Positions 38,653-48,663 of a stretch of 64,000 bases of DNA are shown piece by piece (the first letter of the stretch is position 1; each line of letters starts with the position of its first letter). Location of the stretch: positions 160,001-224,000 of the forward strand of contig DASPSR010000007.1 of assembly GCA_035623825.1 (NCBI GenBank), written 5' to 3'. The notes beneath the pieces are model-generated. The model had not been told where the DNA came from. It worked only from the letters and a program-made list of their open reading frames with translations, and searched no databases. Origin of the DNA: Nitrospirota bacterium (lineage in GTDB: Bacteria; Nitrospirota; UBA9217). A program made the translations under genes and the position numbers.

Positions 38653-40608
38653 ATGCGTTTTGCGGATTTTTCGGTTACCGCGGTATACGGGGTATCATAC
38701 CCCGTATACCTTTTTTTTGTAGTCCTCTCGGTCCTTTTCTTTTTCCCCTTGGCCCGTCCGTCCTCAGCTGCGGACGACAACTATCTCGATGTACTGCTTA
38801 AGTCCGCAAGAGAAAAGCGCCTTTACGAAGACCGCTACTGGGACATTCTTGTCCACTATAAACATCACGGTTCCGGGATGAAAAGCCTCATCGATGATCC
38901 CAAGTTTTTTCTTGCGCCGGACGGGAAGCGGAATCCTGCTGCCGAACTCGAAGCCACCATCAGGAGCTTTTTCCGAGAGGAAAGGAATGGTGAAGAACAC
39001 CCTCGCTGCAGATTCGTTGCGCGTTATGCCTGGCTCAAGGAAAAGCTGGATATAGACGAACTCAGGCTTCCACCCGTCGACTGCACTGAATTCGATGAGG
39101 CGCTCAAGAAGGTAAATCCTCACTCTGCGGCGCTCGTCTTTCCCACGACCCTTAACAACAGCCCGGGATCCATGTTCGGCCATACCCTGATCAGGATAGA
39201 CAGCGAGAAGCAGAGCGATCTATTGTCCTATGCAGTGACTTATGCCGCGGCTGCCACTGACACGAACGGGTTTCTCTATGCTTTCAAGGGAATATTCGGT
39301 TATTATCCCGGTTATTTCTCAATTCTTCCTTATTACGAAAAAGTGGCAGAGTATAGCAATATCGAATACCGGGACATATGGGAATATCATCTCAACCTGA
39401 CCGAAGAAGAGGTGCGCAGGCTGGTCATGCATGTCTGGGAACTCAGGGACATCTACGCAGACTATTATTTTTTTGATGAAAACTGTTCTTTTGACCTGCT
39501 TTTTCTCCTGGAAGTTGCCCGGCCGTCGCTCCATTTGACTGATGCGTTCTGGGACAATAAGGTCCGGTTCTGGGTGATCCCGATCGACACCATACGGGTC
39601 ATTAAGGAGAGTGGTTTGATCACCGGGGAGAAGTACCGTCCCTCCCAAGCAACGCGCATCCTAGCCATTGCGTCACACATGGAAAGCGGCAACGAGGACG
39701 TGGCGCTCGATGTGGTGGACAAGAAGACATCACCGCAGGCCGTTGTGGAAATGCAATTAGCGCGTGAAGAAAAAATGATGATCCTGGACCTGTCCGCTGA
39801 ACTGCTCCAGTATAAATATTCGCGCAAACAGCTGGAGAAAGAGGAATACCTGAAGCAGTATCTGCCCGTGCTGAGCGCCCGGAGCTCGCTCGGGAAACAG
39901 GATGCAGACGCTTACTCCATTACGCCACCTATCCCCCCCGAGCAGGGGCACCTCCCGGGAAGACTCAGCTTCGGCGGGGGCTATCGGACAGACTCCTTTT
40001 TTACGGAGATAGGGTGGAGGGCAGCATATCATGACCTTCTCGACCCGGATGAGGGGTTTACCGAAGGCGCACAGATAAATTTTTTCGACATCAGCGGCAG
40101 ATATTATTTCAAGGAAGACAGGGCGCAACTCCAACGTCTCCGCCTAATCGACATTGTTTCGCTCTCGCCCCGGGATGCGTTTTTCAAGCCCGTTTCGTGG
40201 AAAGTGAATACGGGGTTCGACCGCGAACTTTTCTCGGACGGGGATGAACACCTCATCTATCGGTTAAACCCGGGTGGTGGTTTTTCCTATAAGAGCGGTT
40301 TTCTCGGTCTTTCGTATATCATGATTGAAACGGACCTGGAGCTCAGCGGGGGGCTTCAAGACAATTATTCGCTCGGGTTCGGGGCTTCCGCAGGCATCAT
40401 TAAGAGATTGAGCGATTCATGGAAAATCGACCTTTCCGCGAAGAGTGTCTACTATGTAGCAGGGGACGAACACCGCAGCATAAAGACCTCGCTGGTTCAA
40501 AATTTCAAAATCACTACAAACAACAGCATTGCTTTTTCCCTTTCCTGGGAAAAGACCTTCGATCGGTATCAGTCAGAGGGGAATTTGAGCTGGAATATCT
40601 ATTTCTAA
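38653..40608 (+). CDS. DUF4105 (Lnb N-terminal-like) domain protein with a predicted C-terminal beta-barrel
   Basis: FFLAPDGK, CRFVARY, SMFGHTLIR, YYFFDENCS, AYHDLLD, alternating beta-strands, C-terminal WNIYF. Confidence 0.8.
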   Translation: MRFADFSVTAVYGVSYPVYLFFVVLSVLFFFPLARPSSAADDNYLDVLLKSAREKRLYEDRYWDILVHYKHHGSGMKSLIDDPKFFLAPDGKRNPAAELEATIRSFFREERNGEEHPRCRFVARYAWLKEKLDIDELRLPPVDCTEFDEALKKVNPHSAALVFPTTLNNSPGSMFGHTLIRIDSEKQSDLLSYAVTYAAAATDTNGFLYAFKGIFGYYPGYFSILPYYEKVAEYSNIEYRDIWEYHLNLTEEEVRRLVMHVWELRDIYADYYFFDENCSFDLLFLLEVARPSLHLTDAFWDNKVRFWVIPIDTIRVIKESGLITGEKYRPSQATRILAIASHMESGNEDVALDVVDKKTSPQAVVEMQLAREEKMMILDLSAELLQYKYSRKQLEKEEYLKQYLPVLSARSSLGKQDADAYSITPPIPPEQGHLPGRLSFGGGYRTDSFFTEIGWRAAYHDLLDPDEGFTEGAQINFFDISGRYYFKEDRAQLQRLRLIDIVSLSPRDAFFKPVSWKVNTGFDRELFSDGDEHLIYRLNPGGGFSYKSGFLGLSYIMIETDLELSGGLQDNYSLGFGASAGIIKRLSDSWKIDLSAKSVYYVAGDEHRSIKTSLVQNFKITTNNSIAFSLSWEKTFDRYQSEGNLSWNIYF

Positions 40609-40721
40609 GCAAGACACGGGAGGACGACTCCCCGCCTGTGGCATAGCCAAAGCATCTAGAAATGCGGTAAAGAAGCAATGTCGTCATAAACAACTTAACG
40701 GCCATGGTGGGAAAAACGTCC

Positions 40722-40750
40722 TTGACAATCGCGGCCGTTCTCTTTATTAT
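40722..40750 (+). promoter_or_regulatory. sigma70 promoter for tRNA-Leu and bamD
   Basis: TTGACA-17nt-TATTAT. Confidence 0.65.
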
Positions 40751-40774
40751 TACAGCCTGTTGTCGTGTACCCGT

Positions 40775-40861
40775 GCCGAAGTGGTGGAACTGGTAGACGC
40801 GCTGCGTTCAGGGCGCAGTGGGAGCAATCCCGTGGGGGTTCGAGTCCCCCCTTCGGCACCA
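40775..40861 (+). tRNA. tRNA-Leu (anticodon CAG)
   Basis: GCCGAAG/CTTCGGC acceptor stem, anticodon arm CTGCG-TTCAGGG-CGCAG, long variable arm, GGTTCGAGTCC, encoded CCA. Confidence 0.96.
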
Positions 40862-40890
40862 ATTTTCCCGGCCGCTTTGCTTTCATTGAT

Positions 40891-41628
40891 ATGAGAAAAA
40901 CATCCTCCATACTCCCCGTTCTGATTGTAATGGTCATGGCAGGCTGTGCCGAGAAAAAAGAGGTCTTCGACGCTTCAGCCGTATTCAGAGCTGCCGAAGA
41001 AGACATGCAGAGAGGCAACTTCGAAAAAGCTCGCAAGGGCTATCAGGAAATCGAGGAAAAGTCGCCTGACAAGAGCTATGACGCGGCGCTGATGCTCCGT
41101 GTTGCGGACACGTACTACGGCGAAGAGAAGTACGACGAAGCACTCGTGGAGTACCAGGCGTTCCTGAACTACCATCCCGTGAATAAGGACGCGGCATATG
41201 CGCAGTACCAGATTGCTATGTGCAGCTTCAATCAGTTCACTACCATCGATCGGGACCCGGGTCCTAACCGGACGGCAATGAAGGAGTTTCAGAAGCTCCT
41301 CCAGAAGTATCCAAAGAGCATCTATGAGGAGGATGCAAGCGGCAAAATCGCCATTTGTGTCGACAGGAGCGCTGAATACGAACTCTATGTCGCACTTTTC
41401 TACTACAAAAGGGGTTCGTACCTGTCTGCCATCGGCAGGCTTGAAAAGCTGCTCAAGGACTATCCTGGCTCCTCTGCGGAAAAGGACGCGCTCTATTATA
41501 CAGGCATGTCGTATGCGGAGCGCGGCGACCGAGAGCAGGCACTGGCTGCGTTGGACACGCTCGTGAAGAAATACCCTTCCATGCAGAGGGAAGTCAGGCC
41601 TCTCATAGCAAGACTCCGGACAAAATGA
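40891..41628 (+). CDS. bamD: Outer-membrane protein assembly factor BamD
   Basis: Lipobox MAGC, TPR repeats, F..IDRD..A..F..L..YP.S. Confidence 0.88.
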   Translation: MRKTSSILPVLIVMVMAGCAEKKEVFDASAVFRAAEEDMQRGNFEKARKGYQEIEEKSPDKSYDAALMLRVADTYYGEEKYDEALVEYQAFLNYHPVNKDAAYAQYQIAMCSFNQFTTIDRDPGPNRTAMKEFQKLLQKYPKSIYEEDASGKIAICVDRSAEYELYVALFYYKRGSYLSAIGRLEKLLKDYPGSSAEKDALYYTGMSYAERGDREQALAALDTLVKKYPSMQREVRPLIARLRTK

Positions 41629-42263
41629 AATACTATCCTGTCTACCTTGATCTTCGAGAACGGCCCTGCGTGGTTGCCGGCGGAGGACAGGTAGCCGAGC
41701 GCAAGGCGCTCTCCTTACTTGAAGCGGGCGCCGAGGTAAGGGTCATCAGCCCTTCGCTCACGGCCAAACTGCAGGAACTGTCGCAATCGGGCAAGATAGC
41801 CCACATCCCGAAAACGTTCGATGAAAAAGACTTAGCCGACGATCTTCTCGTCATAGCAGCTACGGATTCCCCGGAGGTGAACGCTGGTATAGGCAGGCTT
41901 TGCAGAAAAAGGCATATCCTCGTGAATGTAGCCGCCCCGCCTGACGAAAGCACGTTCATCGTACCGTCGGTAGTAGAGCGCGGTGACCTTTTGATCGCTG
42001 TTTCGACGAGCGGCGTGAGCCCCGCGCTGTCGAAAAAGATCCGCAGGGAAATCGAGGAACGGTATGGTCATGAGTATGAGGTGTTTCTCCGAAAGATGTC
42101 AGTGTTTCGCGCCCGTGTCCTGGATGAAGTCAAGGATGAGGCCGCTCGCAGAGAGATCTTTCAGGCCATCGCGGATGCAGATGTCATCAGTCTTTTGAAA
42201 GAGGGAAGAACGCACGAAGCAGATTGCCGGTTAGAAGAGATTGCCCGGTTAAAATCAAAATAG
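41625..42263 (+). CDS. Precorrin-2 dehydrogenase/sirohydrochlorin ferrochelatase (SirC/Met8-like)
   Basis: YYPVYLDL, VAGGGQVAERK, IAATD, F.VPS..RGDL.IAVST.GVSP. Confidence 0.9.
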   Translation: MKYYPVYLDLRERPCVVAGGGQVAERKALSLLEAGAEVRVISPSLTAKLQELSQSGKIAHIPKTFDEKDLADDLLVIAATDSPEVNAGIGRLCRKRHILVNVAAPPDESTFIVPSVVERGDLLIAVSTSGVSPALSKKIRREIEERYGHEYEVFLRKMSVFRARVLDEVKDEAARREIFQAIADADVISLLKEGRTHEADCRLEEIARLKSK

Positions 42264-42290
42264 TATGGCAGGGTGTTCGGTGCAGTGGCA

Positions 42291-43865
42291 CTATTTGTTG
42301 TCCTTAAAGATCCTGCTGAAGATGCCGCCCTTAGATCCCTTGTCCAGCTCTTTTTCTTTCTTCACTTCTCCTTCGCTTGCCGCGGCAGCGATTGCCTGCC
42401 TCAACTGCGCAGAGTCGAGCCCCCTGTCCCGAGCCTTGTTGAATACGGCAAGGGCCTTGGCCTTGAGATTGTTCTTTAGATAAAAATTCCCGAGCTCCAT
42501 ATAATACTCCAGTCTGCCCGGTGACATCTCGATCACTTTATTGAAGTGCTCCTCGGCTTCATGGCGCCTCCTTGGCATGTTGGACAGGGCAAGCCCCTGA
42601 TAGAACAGGAACCGCGGATTTCCCGGATCGAGACGGGAAGCCCACCGGAAGGCCTCTTCCGCTCCCCAGAAGTTCCCTGACTTAAACTGCCTCATCCCTT
42701 CATTATACTGGTTAACGGCGGACTCCTTCTGGGCCGCTTTCTCTGGTGCCTGCTGTTCCGCCCCGGACCTTTTCCCCGTTTTGCTCAGGTTTCTGGAGTA
42801 CTGATCTCGCGCGTCCTGTGTGCGGAGCATATCATATGCCTTGTGGATCCTCATGAAGAGCGCTTCTAGTTTCGGCTTCAGGTCGCTCATCTCAGGGTCA
42901 AAGTGCCTGTCTGGGTGATAGAGCTTTGCGAGCTTGAAGTACGCCTTCTTGATTACCTGTGCGGTGGCGTTGCGGTCCACGCCAAGCACCTGGTAATGGT
43001 CCTGGGATTCCATATCTTGATACGCCTTCTGTATCCTTTCTTTCGTAGCAGAAGGTGATGGACGCTCGGGTTCAACCGGCTTTTGTTCTAAGGTCGTTTT
43101 TGCCTTTACTGTCTCGCGCACAATCTCGCGCGCGAAGCTCTTTTCCTCCTCGGTCTTGATTTCACCGGGCTCGACCATTCTAAGCGCGAGGAGGACATAC
43201 ACCGCCTTGAGCGTGTTGAAGTCACCGATGCCGGAATGTGAACAGAGCTCCTCGATATTCTTCTTGCCGTCGATGAGCGAAAGAATCGCCATCTGGTCCG
43301 GGGTGAGATCCGCGCCCTGAAAAAGCTGCGATGGGTCTTGGGACGGGCGGAGCACCGTTTTGAGCTGTGGGAGCGATTTGCGGACGAGCTGCCAGTCGAC
43401 ACCTCGCAAACCTTCAAGGATTAGGTTTCCGGTGCTCATCTGGAGCGGTACGATGTCTGCCTGCGGCAGCGAGCCTTCCTCGAAGGTATACCGACCTTCA
43501 CGCCAGCCGAACAGGCTGAGAATGATATGCTTGACCTGGTCCTTAACGCCGGCGACGAGATTCTGCGGCGAGATAAAGCCGAGCTGAATGAGAACAGCCT
43601 CGTGTTTTCTCCCTGATTTCTTGAGAGCCTCCATGGATGCATCGTATTGTGTTTTGGTTATAGTGCCGGCCCGGAGCAGATATTCTCCAAGGCTGTCCTC
43701 CGCTAGGCTGGACGAGGCAAAGATGATGTCGCCTTCCTTGAAATAGACCTTTTTAACGACCTCGTCTCGCTCGAACACGACCGTGCCGGTTTTTTTCTCC
43801 GTGCGCAGTCCCTGGAAAAGCGAGGGTATTTTCATATCCGTTATATCGCCGGGAGGGTTCATCAT
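42291..43865 (-). CDS. DUF4388 + DnaJ + TPR protein
   Basis: KTGTV.F..VYFKEGDIIFASS, LFGWREGRYTF, J-domain AYFKLAKLYHPD, TPR tail. Start codon uncertain. Confidence 0.82.
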   Translation of the reverse strand: MMNPPGDITDMKIPSLFQGLRTEKKTGTVVFERDEVVKKVYFKEGDIIFASSSLAEDSLGEYLLRAGTITKTQYDASMEALKKSGRKHEAVLIQLGFISPQNLVAGVKDQVKHIILSLFGWREGRYTFEEGSLPQADIVPLQMSTGNLILEGLRGVDWQLVRKSLPQLKTVLRPSQDPSQLFQGADLTPDQMAILSLIDGKKNIEELCSHSGIGDFNTLKAVYVLLALRMVEPGEIKTEEEKSFAREIVRETVKAKTTLEQKPVEPERPSPSATKERIQKAYQDMESQDHYQVLGVDRNATAQVIKKAYFKLAKLYHPDRHFDPEMSDLKPKLEALFMRIHKAYDMLRTQDARDQYSRNLSKTGKRSGAEQQAPEKAAQKESAVNQYNEGMRQFKSGNFWGAEEAFRWASRLDPGNPRFLFYQGLALSNMPRRRHEAEEHFNKVIEMSPGRLEYYMELGNFYLKNNLKAKALAVFNKARDRGLDSAQLRQAIAAAASEGEVKKEKELDKGSKGGIFSRIFKDNK

Positions 43866-44002
43866 AACATTCCCTTGGGGAAAATGGCAGCACGTTACCG
43901 GCATTATACCATGATTTTGTATTTTTGTATCTAAATCCTTGTACCTTGGGGTCAAGGTTTTTTGAATACCTCAGTTTGACGGGGAATCGGCAAGCATTAG
44001 TG

Positions 44003-44031
44003 TTGACTGTCACCTTTGTTCTTATTATAAT
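44003..44031 (+). promoter_or_regulatory. sigma70 promoter of the CoA-activase gene
   Basis: TTGACT-17nt-TATAAT. Confidence 0.7.
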
Positions 44032-44196
44032 GGTAATTGCTTCAGATACATCTGATCTCCGTTGTTCGCCGCAATGATGCTCGTGTGAAATGAGAACGGT
44101 TGCAACGGTTAAATCGCGCACGTTTGGTCAACGATCGCAGCATTCTGTCGTAAACCGCAAGTTAAATCAACTCATGCAGGATCAGGAGCGGCACTT

Positions 44197-47100
44197 ATGC
44201 AGAGAGATTATATTATCGGTATCGATATTGGTTCCGTAACCGTTAAGACAGCGGTTCTTGATGAGGACGGTACCGTTCTCGACACGACCTATATCCGCAT
44301 CAAGGGGGATCCTGTCAATACACTTGTAGGCGCCCTCTCCGCGTTTTCGTTACAATTCCCTGAAGCCACGATCCGGTCGGCGGGTATCACCGGTTGCGGA
44401 GGGAAACCGATTGCCGACATCATCGGCGCGCGGTTCATCAACGAGATCCTCGCCCAGTCCGTTTTCGCCGGTCACTTTCACCCTCGCACGAGGACCGTGA
44501 TTGAGATGGGGGGGGAGGATGCGAAGCTCATAAGCCTTGTTGCCGATCAGTCCTCCTGCGGCGTCAAAGTAGAGGATTTTTCCATGAACACGGCCTGCGC
44601 AGCCGGGACGGGATCGTTCCTTGATCAACAGGCGTCACGTCTTCACCTTTCCATAGAAGAATTCAGCCGTATCGCACTTCAGTCAAAAATCCCCCCCCGT
44701 GTGGCGGGGCGGTGCAGCGTCTTTGCCAAGAGCGACATGATTCACCTGCAGCAGATCGCCACGCCGGATTATGATATCGTGGCGGGACTATGCTACGCCA
44801 TGGCGAGGAACTTCAAGGCCACAGTCGGGAAAGGGAAGAGCTTTTCGGCACCGCTTCTTTTCCTTGGCGGCGTGGCCGCCAACCTCGGCATGCGCAGGGC
44901 GTTCCGAGAAGTCCTAAAACTGGCCGAATCAGAAATAACGGTTCCGGAGCACTTCAATACCTCCGGGGCAATCGGTGCCGCGCTTATGGTCATCCAGCGT
45001 CCCGAGCGTACGGTTCCATACCGCGGTGGTTCCGCGCTCGCCGCCCACTTGTCGGCAGAACAGCGGCATGATCGGAGAGGAGTACGTCCACTCGAGAAGC
45101 CCACAGGCGTCATGCCGAATCCGGACCAGGACGCTGTCCTCGGAGAGGACGGCCTGATCGAAGGGTATCTCGGCGTGGATGTGGGGTCTGTTTCGACCAA
45201 TGTGGTGGTTATCGACAATCGGATGCGCGTCCTTTCTAAGCGGTATCTGCCTACGGCCGGCCGGCCGATCGAAGCCGTGAAACAAGGACTGGCAGAGGTG
45301 GGCGAAGAGGTCGGTTCTCAGGTGAAAATCGCAGGCGCGGGAACCACGGGCTCGGGTAGATACCTTACAGGCGACATGATTGGCGCGGATGTGGTCAGGA
45401 ACGAAATCACGGCGCAGGCAACGGCTGCTGCTGCGATAGATCCTGCTGTGGACACCATCTTCGAGATCGGTGGACAGGATTCCAAGTACATCAGCCTGCG
45501 GGACGGGGCGGTAGTGGACTTCGAGATGAACAAGGCCTGCGCGGCAGGAACAGGGTCCTTCCTCGAAGAGCAGGCCGAACGGCTCGGCATCCGGATCAAA
45601 CAGGAGTTCGAGGCCCGGGCGTTCTGCGCTTCCTCTCCGTGCGAGCTCGGAGAGCGCTGCACCGTGTTCATGGAGTCGGATCTCGTGCACTATCTGAGCA
45701 AGGGCGCCGGTGTTGAAGAGCTGACCGCCGGCCTTGCCTATTCCATTGCCCACAACTATCTAAACAAGGTAGTGGCAGGGAAAAAGGTCGGAGAAAGGAT
45801 CTTCTTTCAGGGTGGAGTGGCAGCGAACAAAGCCGTTATTGCTGCGTTCGAACAGATAACCGGTAAATCAATCACCGTTCCTCCGCACCACGAGGTCACC
45901 GGAGCGATCGGTGCGGCCATTCTCGCAATGCGCGAGGGCACCGGCAGGAGCGGGTTCAAGGGATTCGACCTCAGCAGGCGTGCGTACAGCATCTCGACAT
46001 TTGAGTGCGCCGAATGCGCGAACCGGTGCGACATCCGCAGGGTAAGCTTTGACGGAGAGAAACCGCTATTCTACGGGAGTCGTTGCGAGAAATACGACGT
46101 CAAAAAAAAATCATCACCTGCGTGCGCGTTGCCCGATCTGTTTGCGGAGCGCGAGAAACTGATCATGGCAGGGGGACCCTCTCGGATGCGTGTGGACAAC
46201 GCGCCGAGCATAGGCATCCCGCAGATGCTCTACGTGAACGACTACCTGCCGTTCTGGCGAGCATTTTTTACGGAGCTGGGGTTCCGTGTCGTCCTGTCCG
46301 AGCGCACGAACCGGACGCTGATCAACCGTGCGCTCGAGGCCACGGTCGCCGAGACGTGCTTCCCATCAAAGGTCGCCCTCGGACACATCCAAGACCTTCT
46401 CGATAAAAAAGTTGACGTCCTGTTCCTGCCGAGCTTTATCCGGTTCCCGGTTTCTAACGGAAGGAGGGATAACGCGCAGGCCTGCCCTTACGCGCAGGCC
46501 CTGCCGTATATTGCGCGCGCTTCCTTGCGGCTCAGCAATATCAAAACGGTGGAACCGGTGCTATATCTCCAGGACAGACGCTACTTCAATAGAAGCATGA
46601 AAACGCTCGGAGCGGCACTCGGAAAAAGCGCCGGGGTGGTGAGCCGTGCGCAGCGGCTCGCATGGCGTGCACAGGAAGCATTTCACCGGGCCATCGCGGA
46701 GCGTGGGAACTCGGTTCTGTCCGGGATGCAACCGGGCCAGAAGGCACTGGTGCTCGTCGGGCGGAGTTACAATACCTGCGACTATGGTGTGAACATGAAC
46801 CTCCCGTCCAAGATACGGGACCTGGGGGTTCAGGCCATTCCCATGGATTTCCTCCCGCTTCACACCGCGGACATGTCTGGCCTTGAGGCGATGTACTGGA
46901 GATCGGGACAGAAGATCCTGGCTGCAGCCAGGCTTATACGGGAGCGCAACGGTCTGTACCCTGTGTATATCACGAATTTCGGGTGCGGCCCGGATTCTTT
47001 CATCACGCATTTTTTCAGGCAGGAGATGGGTGAAAAGACGTTCCTCCAGCTTGAGATTGATGAACATAGCGCGGACGCCGGCGCACTTACGAGGATCGAG

Positions 47101-48378
47101 GCATTCATGGACAGCCTTAACAATGCGGGAAAATCCAGACAGCTCAGGACGGCTCCAGTTAAATCGAACGGCTCGCCCCGCACTAAGAAGGTCTTCCTGC
47201 CGCCCATGACGGACCATGCCAGCGCTCTCGCCGCGGCGTTCCGTGCTTGCGGCGTCGAAGCGGAAGTGCTGCCTGAATCCGATGAGGAGACCGTGAGGAT
47301 CGGCAAGGAATTCAGTTCGGGCAGGGAATGTTATCCTCTCGCCCTCACAACCGGTGATATGATCAAGGCCACGCGAAGGTCTGGATTCGATCCCAGCAGG
47401 AGCGCGTTTTTTATGCCGACGGGCAAAGGTCCGTGCAGGTTCGGTCAGTACCATCGCTACCACCGTCAGGTGCTTGATCGGATCGGGATGAGTCAGGTGG
47501 CGATCCTTTCGCCCATGCAAGATGAAAGTTTGCACAGCGACGTGCGTGCCTTGGATAAGGATTTTGTGCTCATGAGTTGGCGCGGGGCTCTCGCGGTGGA
47601 CCTTCTCCAGAAGGCGCTTTGGGAACACAGGCCATACGAGAAGCAGAAAGGCCGAACGGACCAGGTGTACCAAACTGCCCTCACTGCAGTGACAGCTGCC
47701 ATCGAGAACAGGGCAGATCTTCTTCCCGTGCTGCGACAGGCGTATGAAGATTTCATTTCCGTGGAGATAACCGAACGCCAGAAACCGGTCATCGGGATTG
47801 TGGGCGAGATCTACATCCGCTCAAATCGATTCAGCAACGAGGATATTGTCAACCAGATAGAACGGCTCGGTGGCGAGGCCTGGGTCGCGCCCATATCAGA
47901 ATGGCTGCTGTACGTCAATGAAACGGCAAAGGTATCGGCAAAGATGACACGCTCATGGAAGTCTCTGCTCAAGGCGTACATGACGGAAAGGGTACAGCGG
48001 AAGGACGAACGCCGGTTCCTGAGCGGGTTTAACGGGAGCATGAGGAGCCTGCATGAGCCGAGCATCGAGCAAACCTTGCGGAGGGCCATGCCGTACATCC
48101 ATCGCTCATTCGAGGGCGAGGCCGTGCTGTCAGTAGGCAAGGCCATCGACTACATCAACAAGGGCGCCTCGGGTATCATAAACGTGATGCCGTTTACGTG
48201 CATGCCCGGCACGATCGCAATCGCCATACTGAAGAGGGTGCGCGAGGACCACAACAACATCCCCCTTCTGAACATCGCTTACGAAGGCCAAAGGGATTCT
48301 CAGACCATCACGCGCCTCGAAGCGTTCATTCATCAGGCAAGAGCATATCAGGGGGCCCGGTCTAGTTCTGGGGGATGA
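44197..48378 (+). CDS. Fused acyl-CoA dehydratase activase (two BcrAD/BadFG ATPase domains + DUF2229 + HgdB-like domain)
   Basis: GIDIGS and GVDVGS, EMGGEDAK and EIGGQDSK, MNxxCAAGTGSFL (twice), ETCFPSK, FGCGPDS, GPCRFGQY, PFTCMPG. Confidence 0.88.
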   Translation: MQRDYIIGIDIGSVTVKTAVLDEDGTVLDTTYIRIKGDPVNTLVGALSAFSLQFPEATIRSAGITGCGGKPIADIIGARFINEILAQSVFAGHFHPRTRTVIEMGGEDAKLISLVADQSSCGVKVEDFSMNTACAAGTGSFLDQQASRLHLSIEEFSRIALQSKIPPRVAGRCSVFAKSDMIHLQQIATPDYDIVAGLCYAMARNFKATVGKGKSFSAPLLFLGGVAANLGMRRAFREVLKLAESEITVPEHFNTSGAIGAALMVIQRPERTVPYRGGSALAAHLSAEQRHDRRGVRPLEKPTGVMPNPDQDAVLGEDGLIEGYLGVDVGSVSTNVVVIDNRMRVLSKRYLPTAGRPIEAVKQGLAEVGEEVGSQVKIAGAGTTGSGRYLTGDMIGADVVRNEITAQATAAAAIDPAVDTIFEIGGQDSKYISLRDGAVVDFEMNKACAAGTGSFLEEQAERLGIRIKQEFEARAFCASSPCELGERCTVFMESDLVHYLSKGAGVEELTAGLAYSIAHNYLNKVVAGKKVGERIFFQGGVAANKAVIAAFEQITGKSITVPPHHEVTGAIGAAILAMREGTGRSGFKGFDLSRRAYSISTFECAECANRCDIRRVSFDGEKPLFYGSRCEKYDVKKKSSPACALPDLFAEREKLIMAGGPSRMRVDNAPSIGIPQMLYVNDYLPFWRAFFTELGFRVVLSERTNRTLINRALEATVAETCFPSKVALGHIQDLLDKKVDVLFLPSFIRFPVSNGRRDNAQACPYAQALPYIARASLRLSNIKTVEPVLYLQDRRYFNRSMKTLGAALGKSAGVVSRAQRLAWRAQEAFHRAIAERGNSVLSGMQPGQKALVLVGRSYNTCDYGVNMNLPSKIRDLGVQAIPMDFLPLHTADMSGLEAMYWRSGQKILAAARLIRERNGLYPVYITNFGCGPDSFITHFFRQEMGEKTFLQLEIDEHSADAGALTRIEAFMDSLNNAGKSRQLRTAPVKSNGSPRTKKVFLPPMTDHASALAAAFRACGVEAEVLPESDEETVRIGKEFSSGRECYPLALTTGDMIKATRRSGFDPSRSAFFMPTGKGPCRFGQYHRYHRQVLDRIGMSQVAILSPMQDESLHSDVRALDKDFVLMSWRGALAVDLLQKALWEHRPYEKQKGRTDQVYQTALTAVTAAIENRADLLPVLRQAYEDFISVEITERQKPVIGIVGEIYIRSNRFSNEDIVNQIERLGGEAWVAPISEWLLYVNETAKVSAKMTRSWKSLLKAYMTERVQRKDERRFLSGFNGSMRSLHEPSIEQTLRRAMPYIHRSFEGEAVLSVGKAIDYINKGASGIINVMPFTCMPGTIAIAILKRVREDHNNIPLLNIAYEGQRDSQTITRLEAFIHQARAYQGARSSSGG

Positions 48379-48663
48379 GATGCGTTGTCTCTTTAATCAG
48401 TGTGGCAAGATCATCTGCCGGCAAGGGCATTTGTCACGGTCATTTTCCCCCGCGAAGCGCAGAGAAAAAAGGGTCTTCAATGCGGGTGAATATATCCGGG
48501 AATAGGTGCAGAATTATTCTCCCGGACATATGTTCTTCTTTCGTTTGATCTGGCGGCCGAATATCCCTCGGGAAGGGCGGGGAGCACAGAGAGGGGCCAT
48601 GTACGCGCCTCTTGCGGCCCGATGACCGGCCCGAGAAGCAGCGACCAGTGGAGGGGACAGGGA

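Noticed and set aside
40765-40890. N-terminal extension of the BamD ORF
   Set aside because: It overlaps tRNA-Leu; the real start is ATG 40891, which gives a normal lipoprotein signal.
48550-48660. Possible GEMM (c-di-GMP/cGAMP) riboswitch before the PilZ gene
   Set aside because: The context is attractive, but the GNRA-loop/receptor and GCAAA/GGAAA core could not be matched.
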